From: the human T2T-CHM13v2.0 reference genome, Homo sapiens
DNA: 64,000 nucleotides
Strand: one strand, 5' to 3'
Assembly: GCF_009914755.1 (NCBI RefSeq)
Contig: NC_060941.1
How positions within the stretch are numbered: the first letter of the stretch is position 1; each line of letters starts with the position of its first letter. The notes under the pieces are model-generated. The model worked only from the letters and a program-made list of their open reading frames with translations. It ran no database searches and had not been told where the DNA came from. Both the position numbers and the translations under genes were made by a program. Shown in pieces: positions 1-15,187 of this stretch.

Positions 1-325
1 CCACACACCAGCTCTTGCACACACTCACACACTTGCTCTCACACACACTCACACACTCACACACCTGCTCTCACACACACTCCCACACTCACTCACACCT
101 GCTCTCACACACTCACACTCACACACACTTGCTCCCTCACACACTCACACACACTCACACACACCTGCTCTCTCACACATTCACACACACCTGCTTTCAC
201 ACACACCTTCACACCTGCACTCACTCTCACATGTTTGCACACAACTCACAGTCACACACTGAAACACACTTACACTGTCCCACTCATTCAAACACACATG
301 TATTTCCCACACACATTCACACAAC
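1..325. repeat. CA/CACT-rich low-complexity simple repeat in CD300H intron 2
   Basis: Degenerate (CA)n/(CACACT)n tract; it explains the His/Thr pseudo-ORF 15..347. Confidence 0.9.
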
Positions 326-443
326 ATACTCTGTCCTGAGTCTCTGATGCACCACACTAGGCCCAGTTCTTCTCTCCTGGGCCAAAATTTCTGTGGCTGC
401 TCTGCAGAGATGGCCTCAGATGCCTGAGAAAAGAGGCTCTTAC

Positions 444-800
444 CCGATGAGACCAGCACTTGAACCTGGAAGAAGGGATCGGGCAGGAAACCAGACAGGC
501 CATCTTCCTGCAGTATTGTTGCAATCCCACATCGGTATTTTCCTGCATCGTCTGCCGTGAGGTTCTCCAAGGTCACGGTGAAGGTGAGGTCTCCAGGATG
601 GTCCGTGATGATCACTTGGTCACTCCTCACCACTCCCTCAGACCCTCCGGTCTCCACCATTTCATGCCAAATTGGCAAGCATGGTTGTCTGCACCAGTAT
701 TTGTTAAACGTCTTGTATTTCTCTTCATACCGACACTGAACACTCAGGGATTCCCCCACGGCGCCCATCACGGTGCTGGGGCCACTCACAGTCAGACAGC
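444..800 (-). CDS. CD300H: CD300H exon 2 (V-type Ig domain); downstream exons lie left of the window
   Basis: ttttccag|GC acceptor at 801 and G|gtaaga donor at 443; 357 nt, phase 1-1. Encodes GCLTVSGPSTVMGAVGESLSVQCRYEEKYKTFNKYWC...DDAGKYRCGIAT...VQVLVSS, matching CD300H. Confidence 0.93.
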
Positions 801-1164
801 CTGGAAAACACAAGTCCGTTTCCCCGTCTTCACCTGGAAGAGTCTGGACCAGTGGAACCTTGAGTGTCAGGTCCTCTGCACGCCCAGTGTTGCCTGAGGC
901 TGGAGGAGGGAGGAGTCGGGAACCAGGGAGCTATGGGCTATTTGCAGGGGGAGACCCAAGGAGATGCCCGGTGTGGGATCCTGAGACTCCAGAGGCCATG
1001 CCAGCCTGGGTGTGCTCAGCCATCTTATAATATCAGGGGGAGAGGCTTGACCTCGGTGGCCTCAGACAGGTTCTGGGTCCCCCAGAAGTGTCAGTCCTGA
1101 GAAGAAACACCTGTCCTCATCGAACACCAATGATTGAATGAAGCCACTAAGTACACTCTGAATA

Positions 1165-1232
1165 AATGGATGGCTGGAGAGATAGATGGATGGATGGATG
1201 GATGGATGGATGGATGGATGGACGGATGGATG
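1165..1232. repeat. (GGAT)n microsatellite
   Basis: Direct tandem GGAT run. Confidence 0.9.
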
Positions 1233-1915
1233 AAATAGGAAAGGAAATAATATTGAGAACCAGGAAAAACCAGAAGCAGCCCAGTATGGAGGGCAAGGAG
1301 GAAGCCTGGGGCTTCTGGTTCTGCCCCTTTCCCAAATCATCTGTGGGCCTCATACTTGCCATCCCTGCCCATATAGATGAGGCCTCCTGCTCCCAGGTCT
1401 GGGTCACAGAGAATATGGGGGCTGCCCATGGGGATATCAAGGGGCCATGTAGAAAGGAGTTGTTCTTGTGATTCAAGGACATTTACGCCTGGAATTTTCC
1501 CCCGGGACAGAATCCTGCAGCAACACTCGCCATTGCCTAACATCTGCAGGGCTCCGCTCCACAGGGACACCCATCAGAGCTTCCTTCCCACCCCCAATTC
1601 TCTGCAGCACCCACCCGCCTTGGCATGTCCTGGGCCTCTTCTCCAGGTCCTCTGCCCCCTCCAATATTTCGACATTACTCTCCCTCTTCGAGTCCCCTCT
1701 CTCATTCCTCCACCCACTCTGCAGGCTCCGGGTCCAAATGATTGGGACCCAGCCCCATCAACTCTCTGCTTCCTGCCTCGGGGGCCTCACCAGTCCTAAA
1801 CAGCTGCTGTCTCATCTGCTCTTGACAGGGAGGTGGTTAACTCAGGACAAAACGGCTATTGAGAAATGGTTTTGGCAAAATACCAAGCTCCTGAAAAGGA
1901 ATTGTGGATGTAATC

Positions 1916-1929
1916 TGTCTACCTATCAA

Positions 1930-1968
<39 letters not shown>

Positions 1969-1992
1969 CTATCTATCCATCCATCCATCTTT
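1916..1992. repeat. (TCTA)n/(TCCA)n microsatellite
   Basis: Direct tandem run. Confidence 0.9.
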
Positions 1993-2083
1993 CATCTACC
2001 CACCCATCCATCTAGGTAATATATTGCCATCCACTGATGGAGAGGCTTTGCTATATTTTTATTGTGAATTAAAAGAAAAATCT

Positions 2084-2385
<302 letters not shown>

Positions 2386-2501
2386 TTATCTTTTGCATCT
2401 TCATTTTCTTATCTCACGTTTTCTCACTTTATTTCCCAGAAAGCAGGCTCGAGTGGCCCACTGACCTATTCTGCATTAGAAAGCTGTCTGCCTCTCTGAA
2501 G

Positions 2502-2745
2502 CAGTGATTCTCACCTGGGGGGCAGGGGGGCGGGGAGGGGGCGGGGGGGCAGGGGGGCGGGCGGGAGAACATTTGGTAATGACTACAGATATTTTTGGTT
2601 GTCCCAACTTAGGGTGGGGAATTGCTGCTGGCATCTGGTGGGTAGAGGCCAGGGATGCTTCTAAACATCTTACAATGCACAGGACAGCCCCCAACACACA
2701 GAATAACGCAGCCCCAAATGTCCACAGTGTTGAGGTCCACGAGCT
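2502..2745. mobile_element. MER20-like hAT DNA transposon with an embedded G-tract
   Basis: CAGTGATTCTCA end; ...GGCATCTGGTGGGTAGAGGCCAGGGATGCT...ACAATGCACAGGACAGCCCC resembles MER20. Confidence 0.75.
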
Positions 2746-3803
2746 TTCCCAGGGAGCTAACTGCCTGCCAGGCACAGGCTTAGGAGCAAGGAAGGGGTGG
2801 GCACACCCAGTCCTCTCCTGAAATCGCTGCTGCTCTCAGCTCAGGCTCTGGGGGCGCTGTTAGCCTGCTCTTTCAGGTCCTTAAACTTCTCTCTTAATGA
2901 TTTGGGGCTAATTCCACAAGGAGCAAAAACATTGTGGGGCACACACTGAATCCCACCACAGAGCCTCCCTCTCCTTGGATATTCAGTCCAGACCCTGACT
3001 CTGAGCCAACATGGGCAGCCTCCTCCACCTCCACCCCCACCATCTTTTACGGAGCTTCCCGCCTACCCAGCCTTGCAAAGAAACTGACTTTCTCCCTCCA
3101 CCATCATTTACGGAAACTCTCGGACCAGGGCTGACCACAGGTTCCCAGCTGTCTCACCCTTCTGGGGGCCCATTAAGTAGCAGCCCTGGGGCCAGCCCAG
3201 ACCTGTGGGGACACCCAGGGTTCCCACGTGGGGATGCAGCATATGCCTCCAGATATGTAAGTGAAGCTTTACAAGGAGGCGCAGCAGACATTGACATTGA
3301 ATTAGAGAAGGAGCAATGATCTTGGAAATAAAAGTATTTAGGTTTGGACCTTGACTGTGCCTTTTATAAACTGTTTAATCTAAATTATTTGCACCTCTAA
3401 GAGCGAGCTTCGGTCTCTTGTTTTCATCAGGATTGCAATAAGAATTAAATGAGATAGTGGGAAACAAGATATGTATTACAGTGATTAGCCTAGTAAGTAC
3501 TGGTTTTCTGTCCCCTATTCCCCCTTCTCTCTGATGGATCGTGGTGGCATTCCTGATCTTAATAATGACGGTAATAATGATTAAAGTTGCCAAATCTACT
3601 TAGGGCTTACTGTGTGGGAAGCAGTTTACCGTTTAATCCCCACCCTATCCCGATAAGGAGATTTGAGAAGCTTCTATGCACACCTCACTCCCTCTTTCTT
3701 GATATCATTTCTTCCTCTTGCCCCTCGCCAGCCTTTTCTCATGCCTGCCTCACCCTGACCCGCCAGAGCAGACCTCCCTGCACCCAGGACCTGCCCTGCT
3801 CAT

Positions 3804-3864
3804 CTGGGACACAGAGAAGGAGCAGAGCTGAAGGCAGCATGGCAGCCCCAGCCCTCTGGGTCAT
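3804..3864 (-). CDS. CD300H: CD300H exon 1 coding part (signal peptide MTQRAGAAMLPSALLLLCVP/G); intron-1 donor is AT rather than GT
   Basis: ATG at 3864; 61 nt, phase 1, joins exon 2 in frame. Intron begins ATGAGC (3803-3798) instead of GTGAGC. Confidence 0.92.
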
Positions 3865-4929
3865 CTCACCAGCATGGAAGTCCCTTGTGGCAGCAGGGTC
3901 TGAGGCTCTTTTTCCTTCTCACATCTCTCGTTTCCTTCTCTGGCCTCTTCTGGGTTTGGTTCTCAGAGCTGGTGAGAGTATGGAGGAAGCTGGGGCCATG
4001 GGGCACTATGTGGTCAGGTGAAACAATTTTGAGAACTTGCTGAAGTTCTTCCTAATAAAACATGTTTGCATTTGCTGTTCCTCTTTCTGTTCCCAGTAAA
4101 GACAATGTCCCTCCCATTACCCACAGCTGACAGGCCTGCCCTTCTCCAAATCACAGCATGGCCCAGGACCAGTGAGACTGGGCCAGCTGCCATCTGGATT
4201 TTCTGGGCAGGTCCTCCCCTCTGTGAATGGCCAGTTTTCTGTGGCCAGCATGAGCCGCCCCAGGGTATGGCTCAGCCTTCACTGGATGGATGAGACTGGC
4301 TATTTGCAGAGCCCAGTGTAAAATCAAACCTAGGTTTCCAAAATTATTAAGAATTTCAAGATGGTGACAGCCAAGCATGAAACGTGGGACCCTTCTAAGA
4401 GCCGGGCCTGCGAGACTGCACAGGGTAGGGGCACACCCACGATGCCCGCTGGTCTATCTCTGATCCTTGGTGGTACAGATAGGCTGGGTGCAACCTCAGA
4501 GGCTCTGACCTCTTAACCCCTCACTCTTGCTCTGACCTCAGCAGACCCCAGAGGTCCCTGTCTTGGCCACGTGCCTGACTGTTTCCACAGACCTGGCACC
4601 ACGCAGAGCTTGGTGGACCATCTATAAGCCTTGCTTTTGACCTGTGTGGCTCTTCCTGTCGCCCAAGATGACCACATATAAGAGTTTCAATATATCAAGA
4701 GCTAACTCGGGGGAACCTGGCCAGAAGTGTGCCTGATATACACAGAATGGCTGTGGAGGATTTATAAATGCAAGCACAGCTTCAGAAGGCCTCACTCAGG
4801 GACTTAGATTTCTGGAACTAGGAGACTCCAAATTCCTGGCATTCTGTTATCAAATGTCTCCTCCTTGGTGTTTCAGTAAATGTGTTTCCTGCTTGTTCAT
4901 TTTTTGCTGCATGTGGAGTCCTCATATTT

Positions 4930-5872
4930 CTGTGTGTGTTCACATGTGTGTATATGGGTGTGGTATGAGGGATATATGTGTAGTGTGTGTGGTGTGGGTA
5001 GTGTGTGTAGTATGTGTGGTATGTGTGTATGTAGGTACATGTGATGTATGTGCATGGTGTGTGGGATGGTGTGTGTGTAGTGTGTGTGTATGTGTGGTGT
5101 GAGTGGTGTGTGTGAGATGTGTGTAGTGTGTGTGTATGTGTGTGGTGTTTGGGGTCGTGTGTGTGGTGTGAGTGGTGTGTGTGGTGTGGGTGGGATGTGT
5201 GTAGTGTGTGTATGTGTGTACATGTGGTGTATGTGTGTGATGTGTGGGGTGGGGTGCATGTAGTGTGTGTGTTTGCATGTGTGTGTGGTGTGTGTGCACA
5301 GGTGGTGTGTGTGTAGTGTGTATGTGTGTGCACGTGTGTGGTGTGAGATGTGTGTACATGTGGTGTATATGTACAGTATGTGGGGTAGGGTGTGTGTAAT
5401 GTGTGTGTGGTGTGTGTGATGTGAGTGGTGTGTATGAGATGAGATGTGTGTAGTGTGTATGTGTGTACGTGTGTGTGGTGTGTTGGGTGGTGTGTGTAGT
5501 GTGTATATGTGTGCATGTGTGGGAGTGTATGTGGTGTGTGCGTGTCCATGTGTGGTGTACGTGTGTGGTATGTGGGGTGGTGTGTGGTGTATGTGTGTGG
5601 TATGTGGGGTGATGTGTGTAGTGTATGTATGTGTGTGCATGTGTGGGCGTGGAGGGTGTGGGTGGTGTGTGTGTACATGTGGTGTATGTGTGTGGTGTGT
5701 GTATGTGTGTGCATGTGTGGGGGGTGTGGGTGGTGTGTGTCTACATGTGGCGTATGTGTGTGGTGTGTGGGGTGGTGTGTGCATGTGTGGGCGTGGGGAG
5801 GTGTATGGGTGTGTGTGTGTGTACATGTGGTGTATATGTGTGGTGTGTGGGTTGGTGCGTGCATGTGTGTGG
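4930..5872. repeat. ~940-bp GT-rich low-complexity tandem region upstream of CD300H
   Basis: Degenerate (GT)n/(GTGTGGT)n/(GTAT)n; source of many spurious H/T and C/V ORFs. Confidence 0.93.
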
Positions 5873-8371
5873 AGGGGAAGCAGGAGCTGGGAGTGATAAA
5901 GATGTCTCCCCTTGCAGCCTGCAGAGCCGGTTGCGAGCCCCGCCCTCTGTGCCTAGCTCTGGGCGCTAAGGAAAGGCTTGCCTGGCCCTCCCTGACTCTG
6001 CGTCAAGGGCTGCTCAACGTGCCTTTCTTGGGAAGAAGGGATCTGAGTCTGTGAAGGAGATGACGCACAGCTGCAGACTTTTCCAGAAAACATTCTCGCC
6101 ATCCTTGTCTGGACAAACCACCGGGTGCACAGGGTTGTATTAGTCAGCTCTTTCTGGCTCACATTGCCATAGCAAAACTCCCTAATCCCAGCATGCTGTA
6201 ACCACAGAAGCTTGTTTCTCGCTCGTCTATACGCAAGCGGTGAGTCAGCATTGCTTGGGCACCAGGCTGCGGAGCCCAGTCCGCTAGAGGAGAGGGAAGG
6301 CACCGGGTGGCTCTCTGAGCCTCTGCTCAGAAGGCGCACATGCGGCTCCTGCTCACCGTTCATCGTCATAGGGTCAAGCCTGAAGTCAGTGGGAAGGAGA
6401 AGCACAGTCCTCTTACAGGACAAGGCGGCAAGTCACTGACCACAACCACAGAACCCACTACTGGAGGTTCCCTAACCGGGCTGGAAGGGTGCCCCGCAGC
6501 ACACCGACTCCGTGCTTCTCGCTCATCCAAGGTCGGGGCAGGGAGAGGCTGCAGGGTCTGCTTAGAAACAGCCTGTGTGTGTTTCATTTTTTTAGCTAGG
6601 ACCAGACAGTTTGCCAAATGCAAAGGACATGGCAATGCCACAGGGAACCCACCTTTGAAGCAGATGTACTCTGGGCCCTGGAGTCCCCCAGGAGATGACA
6701 AATTCCTTGAAGAGATGACCCACATCTGGGACATCCAGGCTTTTTCCATGTCAAGGCCAGCATCTGGAGCCGCTGTCCCTTCCCCAGCAGGCCCTTGTCC
6801 TTCTGTCTCTGAAACCTGTCCTGGAAAATGCTGTCCGCTCCAGGAGGGCAGAGCTAGGGGAGGACTGAGAATAATGAACACTGGCCATGAGGCACAGGAG
6901 GGCGGGGAGCCCGGGGCCCTGCCTGGCACTGCACCACACTGAGACCCCCACCATCGCTGCCCTTGAGGGACAGCTCTTGGGGCTTCCAGAAAGTTAAGAT
7001 CTCATCAGTGAGGGGTGCGTTCTTAGGGCAAACTCGGGGCATGTGATGTGTAGGACAGTGTGAGTAGCCCACACATTTCTCTCTGCCTTTCGGGGCTGTG
7101 CTTGTCTTTCTGCTTCCTCGAAAACCGTCATCCTCCCTTCTCACTCTCCCAGGATGAGCTCAGACCACACCTCTCCTGGAAGGCATCCCTGCCTGCTCCA
7201 GGCCTTCCAGACCCCTCCCTCTGGGGTTCCTGTTACCTGCAATGCTTATTTCTGTATTTAATCTCATGTCCCTGTGCTGTCATTGTCCTGTTGCATGGCA
7301 TCCATTTCCAGGTGAGGCTGTAGCCTCCACAAAGGCAGGACCAATCTGGGCACCCGGAGACGCAGACAGAGCTCGGCCCCAGCCTTGTGAGCTGAATTGG
7401 AGGGTGAGAGCTCCGATCCTTCCATATTTTCCAGGGGAGGGGATCAGGAATGTATTAAGGCATTGGGCCTCTCTTCTCTCACCTCTACTACCCGACGTCA
7501 ATCCATTTGGGGAGTAGTTCTCAGTATCTTGTGCATCATGGTGAGAATGGGCAAGTGCCCAAGGATGGTGGACCCCACTGCCCACTTTCTTCCCTCCCCA
7601 CTGGCACTCAAGGGAGACGTCACCAAGAGGGCAGCCTCCTGACCGGCTCTGGGCAATGGATGCCTCTTTGGGATCTTGTTACAAATACAGGGCTCTCTAG
7701 GGAGCAGGGTGTGGGGAGGGTCTTCCCAACATGGGGGCTGGGGTGCTATAGGGAGCCCGGCTCAGAGAGGGTCTCTACCTGACTCTGATGATGTGGGCCA
7801 TGTAGCACAGTGAGGAAGGTTCTGGCCATAAGCTGGGAGCCCTGGCTCAGATTTTAAGGTCTGCTGTTCACTAGTTATATGACTTTAGGCAAATCAGCAA
7901 AAGTCTCTTAGCATCAGTCTCCTCATCTGTGAAATAGGAATAAAAATATTCACCCTGCTCAGTCCCAGGAGTTGAGCAAAGGCATTTGAAGGTGGTGGCA
8001 TCCCTCTGGGAAACTTTCCTCTTTTGATCTTCTACGTACCATGCACTCTGTATATTTAAATCCTGCATACCCATCCCAACACCCCTGCCAGGTCACTTTT
8101 AAATAAGATGACTGGAGCTGGAAAGACGAACTAAACTGTCATGATGGGAAGTGGGGAGGTCAGGATTTGAACCCAGGTCTTCGGTGGGGTCCCACCTCTG
8201 GCTCTCATGATGCAAGGTACGGATTGCAACACTCAGGCAGGGGTGAGATGGGTTGAGAGATGGCAAGTGGAAGAGGCCTCCAAGTCTTATTTCATTCAAT
8301 ATCTGTTTGCAGAATAGCAGGAAGTATCTTCAGGGGAAATTAACAACACAACAAAGTCTGCTTCTGGGTGT

Positions 8372-9108
8372 CTGCTATGGATTGATGAGTTCCCCCAAAA
8401 ATTCATATGTGGAAGCCCTAACCCGTAATGTGGTGATATTAGGAAATGAGCCTGTGGGAGGTAATTAGGGTTAGATGAGGTCATGAGGATCAGGCCTTCA
8501 TTGTGGGATTAGTGCCCTTATCAGAAGAAGAAGAGAGATCTCACTTTCTTTCTTAGTCCATTTAGGCTGCTATTTTAAAATACCATAGACTGGGTGGGTT
8601 ATGAACAACAGAAATGCATTACTCACAGTTGTGGAGGCTGGAAAGTCCAAGATCAAAGTGCTAGCAGATTCAGTGTCTGTTGCGCACTCACCTTCTGGTT
8701 CATAAAGAGTACTTTTTTTTGCTGTGTCTTCACATGGTGGAAGGGGCAAGACAGCTCTCTGGGGTCTCTTTTACAAGGGTACTAATCCTGTTCATAAGGG
8801 TTACACCCCCACAACTGAATTATCCCCAAGGATCCACCTCCTAATACCAACACACTGGGAATAAGTTTCAACACATGAATTCTGGAGAAACACAAACACT
8901 CAGACCATAGCACTCTCTCTGCCATACGAGGATACAGAAAGATGGCAGCCATCTGCAAGTCAAGAAGAGAGTCCTCACCAAACACCAAATCTACCAACAT
9001 CTTGATCTTGACTTCCCAGCCTTCAGAACTATAATAAATAAAGGTCCCTTGTTTATAAACCACTCGGTTTATGGTATTTTGTTACAGCAGCCTGAGCTGA
9101 CTGAGACA
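8372..9108 (+). mobile_element. MaLR LTR (MLT1-like) interrupted by a second MaLR LTR in the opposite orientation (~8548-8912)
   Basis: Outer element TGCTATGG...CCCCCAAAATTCATATG...GACTGAGACA; inner element TCTTAGTCCATTTAGGCTGCTA...CAGACCATAGCA. Confidence 0.7.
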
Positions 9109-10080
9109 ACGTCCTGGTGTCTGTCCCAATGCTTCACCGTTCTGGCTTTTCAGCATGAGTCACCTGTGCTCCTTCTCCCTGGAGGAGCCCTGTCTGGGGC
9201 AAGACCTTTGCAGAAACAGTGAGGCTTCTTGTCACTTTCCTCATTTGGAAATCAGGGATTTGGATGACAACTGGATTCCACCAACTGAGGTGTCTCTGAG
9301 GCCATTTGAAAGGCCCAGTTAGACAGAGGTTATCTTCCACAGCTCTTAGCCACTGCTGTTGGCAAACAAGGATTAGAAGAAACAGGAGACTTTCATGAAG
9401 CAGAGTTCCAGGATATGTTTTCTAGCTTCCTGGGTGACAAGAAGCAGTGAGGGCAGTGACAACTTCTTCATCTGACTTCCATTAGGAAGATTCCTTGGAT
9501 TGCAGCTTCATAAAATTATTCTCTAGCTTCCTGGATGTGGAAGGCAGTTGCTTGGCAGATACCAAGACTTCATGCTCCCTGTTTGACCCTAGGGGCCTCA
9601 AAAGCAGGCTGTTCTGGATGTGAGGGAGGAGGGAGGGACAAGCTTAGGAGCTGCTTCTTCGGCCCTTTCCACAATATTATAAGCACCTAATTCTCTGCAT
9701 ATCTTCTAGTGCCCACCTAGAATGGGCACTAGACCTGAGTGGATACATACTCTTGGAAGGATCCAATCCCAGCAATAAGGTTGTTATTAACTAAGATAAA
9801 GGAAACCCACATTATACAGCTCCTCCTGTCTCTGGGTCAAGGGAGAGCGGGCAGGCAGGAGAGTCATCTTAGAACCGCATGCCATGTGTTCTCATTCCAT
9901 CCAGCAGGTGACTTGTGCCAGACACTGCTATCTACACTGGTGAACAAGACTGAGGCCCTGCAGGGTCCTGATGGGTACTAGAGGCTCTGGTTCCAATATG
10001 AGGAGGATGAACACTTCAGCACAGTTTTCTTTTTAGTAGACGGACCAGGAAATCAGAGGAGCTCTCTGTTACTCCATAAG

Positions 10081-10466
10081 GGCTGTGGTTCTCAATAATA
10101 ACTAATGGCTGTTGTTCTCAATAATAACTAATGGCTGTGGTTCTCAATAATAACTAATGGCTGTGGTTCTCAGTAATAACTAATGGCTGTGGTTCTCAGT
10201 AATAACTAATGGCTGTGGTTCTCAGTAATAACTAATGGCTGAGGTTCTCAGTAATAACTAATGGCTGTGGTTCTCAGTAATAACTAATGGCTGTGGTTCT
10301 CAATAATAACTAATGGTTGTGGTTCTCAGTAATAACTAATGGCTGAGGTTCTCAGTAATAACTAATGGTTGTGGTTCTCAATAATAACTAATGGCTGTGG
10401 TTCTCAGTAATAACTAATGGCTGTGGTTCTCAGTAATAACTAATGGCTGAGGTTCTCAGTAATGAC
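10081..10466. repeat. 26-bp VNTR, 14 full copies plus a partial (GGCTGTGGTTCTCARTAATAACTAAT)
   Basis: Unit starts at 10081, 10107, 10133 ... 10445, an exact 26-nt period. Confidence 0.97.
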
Positions 10467-10574
10467 CAAAATCCAGCAGCAATGCATTATAGTCAATGGT
10501 AGAACACTGCTGCATTTTGGTCATTCCTTGAAACCCATTTGCTTGAAACTCAGTTCTGCTACAATTGCAGGGAT

Positions 10575-12048
<1,474 letters not shown>

Positions 12049-12245
12049 AAGAGACGGAAAGTTTGACTGAATTTTAGTGCAATATGATAACAGAGGGGAG
12101 AGCCACCTGTTGTGATGATAGGGAAGCAGGGTAAGGTACCATCAAGCTAGCTTCCAGTGAAAAAGAGTGTTTACCCAGGAGTACTAGGTCCCACAGGTAC
12201 AGGAGGGAGTACGGCAAATGAGGTGAGAAATTCTACTCAAATAGT

Positions 12246-12644
<399 letters not shown>

Positions 12645-13484
12645 TCATTAGACTTGTCAACATCTTTCCAAGGAAATTGCTTTTGGATTTGTCATGGATA
12701 TTCGATTTTGCTTTATTTGTTTGCTATCATTTTTGTAATTAGTTTCTGCTATATTAGACCCTTTATCCATCAATACCACAGTGTTTATTCAAATATATTC
12801 CCACTACATGTCTATGAATGTTATTGATTATTGAGTATTGACTAGAGAAAGAATCTCTTATATGGGTAGCAAGAACAGAGAAGTTAGCTTATAGAAAGAA
12901 TTAAATCAGTAAATTTAGACGCAATTGTGCAAATTAGCTAGTCTTGACAGGAAAGAGAAATTTTGAGATATTCAACAAAATAAGAAAGGAAAATGGCAGA
13001 ATGAGAATCGATTTGCATTCTTTCAACCATAAGAATGAGGATGTTGATCTGGTTAACTGCCTCTTGCTAGTAGATCTGGGGAGGAATTGGAAAGACAAAG
13101 ATTGAGGTCGTGAAGGGGAAGAATAAGACAAGTAAAGCACAGTCACGTTGAGCTGCTGGTTTTGGTGACCTATGGCTCCCCGGCGGCTGTGATTGGAGTC
13201 TGAAGCTGAGAAGTCATGAGGCTAAATGTCCCGATTGTCTTGCCAAGCTGCTTAGACCTTGCCACTTAGACCTTGTTGCTTAGAAGGAGACACCAGAAAC
13301 CAGGAACTTGAGGCTGGGATAAAGCAGATGCTTTCTCTCCTGGTGCTCTGGGAAGGGAGTTTGAAGTAATCTAGGCAGCTTGCTGCTTGTGCCTTCATCC
13401 TGGCGGGCAAAATCACCTTGAGTGGAGGTAGAACACGTGTATCTGCCAAACTGTGATTCTCTAAGGGCAAGGATTACATCTCTG

Positions 13485-13776
<292 letters not shown>

Positions 13777-14105
13777 CCCAAAAGGAAACTCTTGATTTGA
13801 CCTCCTGCAAACTCCCCAGCCTGATCCTCTTCTCATCACAGTAAATTACACCCATGGTCCCCTTTTTCTCAGACCAAACTCCAGTCACCTGGGCAACATC
13901 CTTGGCTCATCTTTTGCTCGTGCCCCAGCCATTGTGTTAACCCAAGACCCTCAGATCTGTCCACTTTTCTCCATTGCCCTCCCACCCCCCTCTTTCTCCC
14001 TGATTACCACAGGGCCTTCCCTCTTGAACAGGCACAAGAGCTCCCCAGTCTGACTCTTGTCCCTATTCACTGTGGCTAGATTGCACTTTTAAAAACAGTT
14101 ACCAG

Positions 14106-14418
<313 letters not shown>

Positions 14419-14826
14419 TTAGTACGGGGAAGAGGATGGTGGGAAAAGAGGAAGATACAGAAGTCCTCATCTTTTGCTGCAGAGAGTCAATAGAAAGATT
14501 CAATAATGTTGTTAAAAAACAAGATGAGAACGTGGGAGCTCAGAGAGTGTTATGAGTTGGTGGGGTGTCCACACTGGGTGGGGGCTGGGAGCAGCGCTGG
14601 TCAGAGCCTGGGCAGCAGACAGGACATGGGTCAGCCCAGAGAGGGGCGGCAGAGCTCATGAAGGGTGAGGCTGGGGGTGGGGGAGTCTGGATAATAACCA
14701 TGATTTCATCATTTTCTAGCTGAGTGATCCTTTATCTTTGAGCCTGTAGACTGCCTTCACGGCACTTACCCAGGTCTTTTTCTTTATTTCGGTGATAGTT
14801 GTACTTGAACAGTGCCTGATACTTAG

Positions 14827-15187
<361 letters not shown>

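Noticed and set aside
4818-6054. Long His/Thr- and Cys/Val-rich ORFs up to 348 aa (also 15..347)
   Set aside because: They are translations of GT/CA low-complexity DNA that lacks stop codons in several frames.
10081-10466. Regularly spaced repeat resembling a CRISPR array
   Set aside because: The units are head-to-tail with no unique spacers, in a human locus; it is a VNTR.
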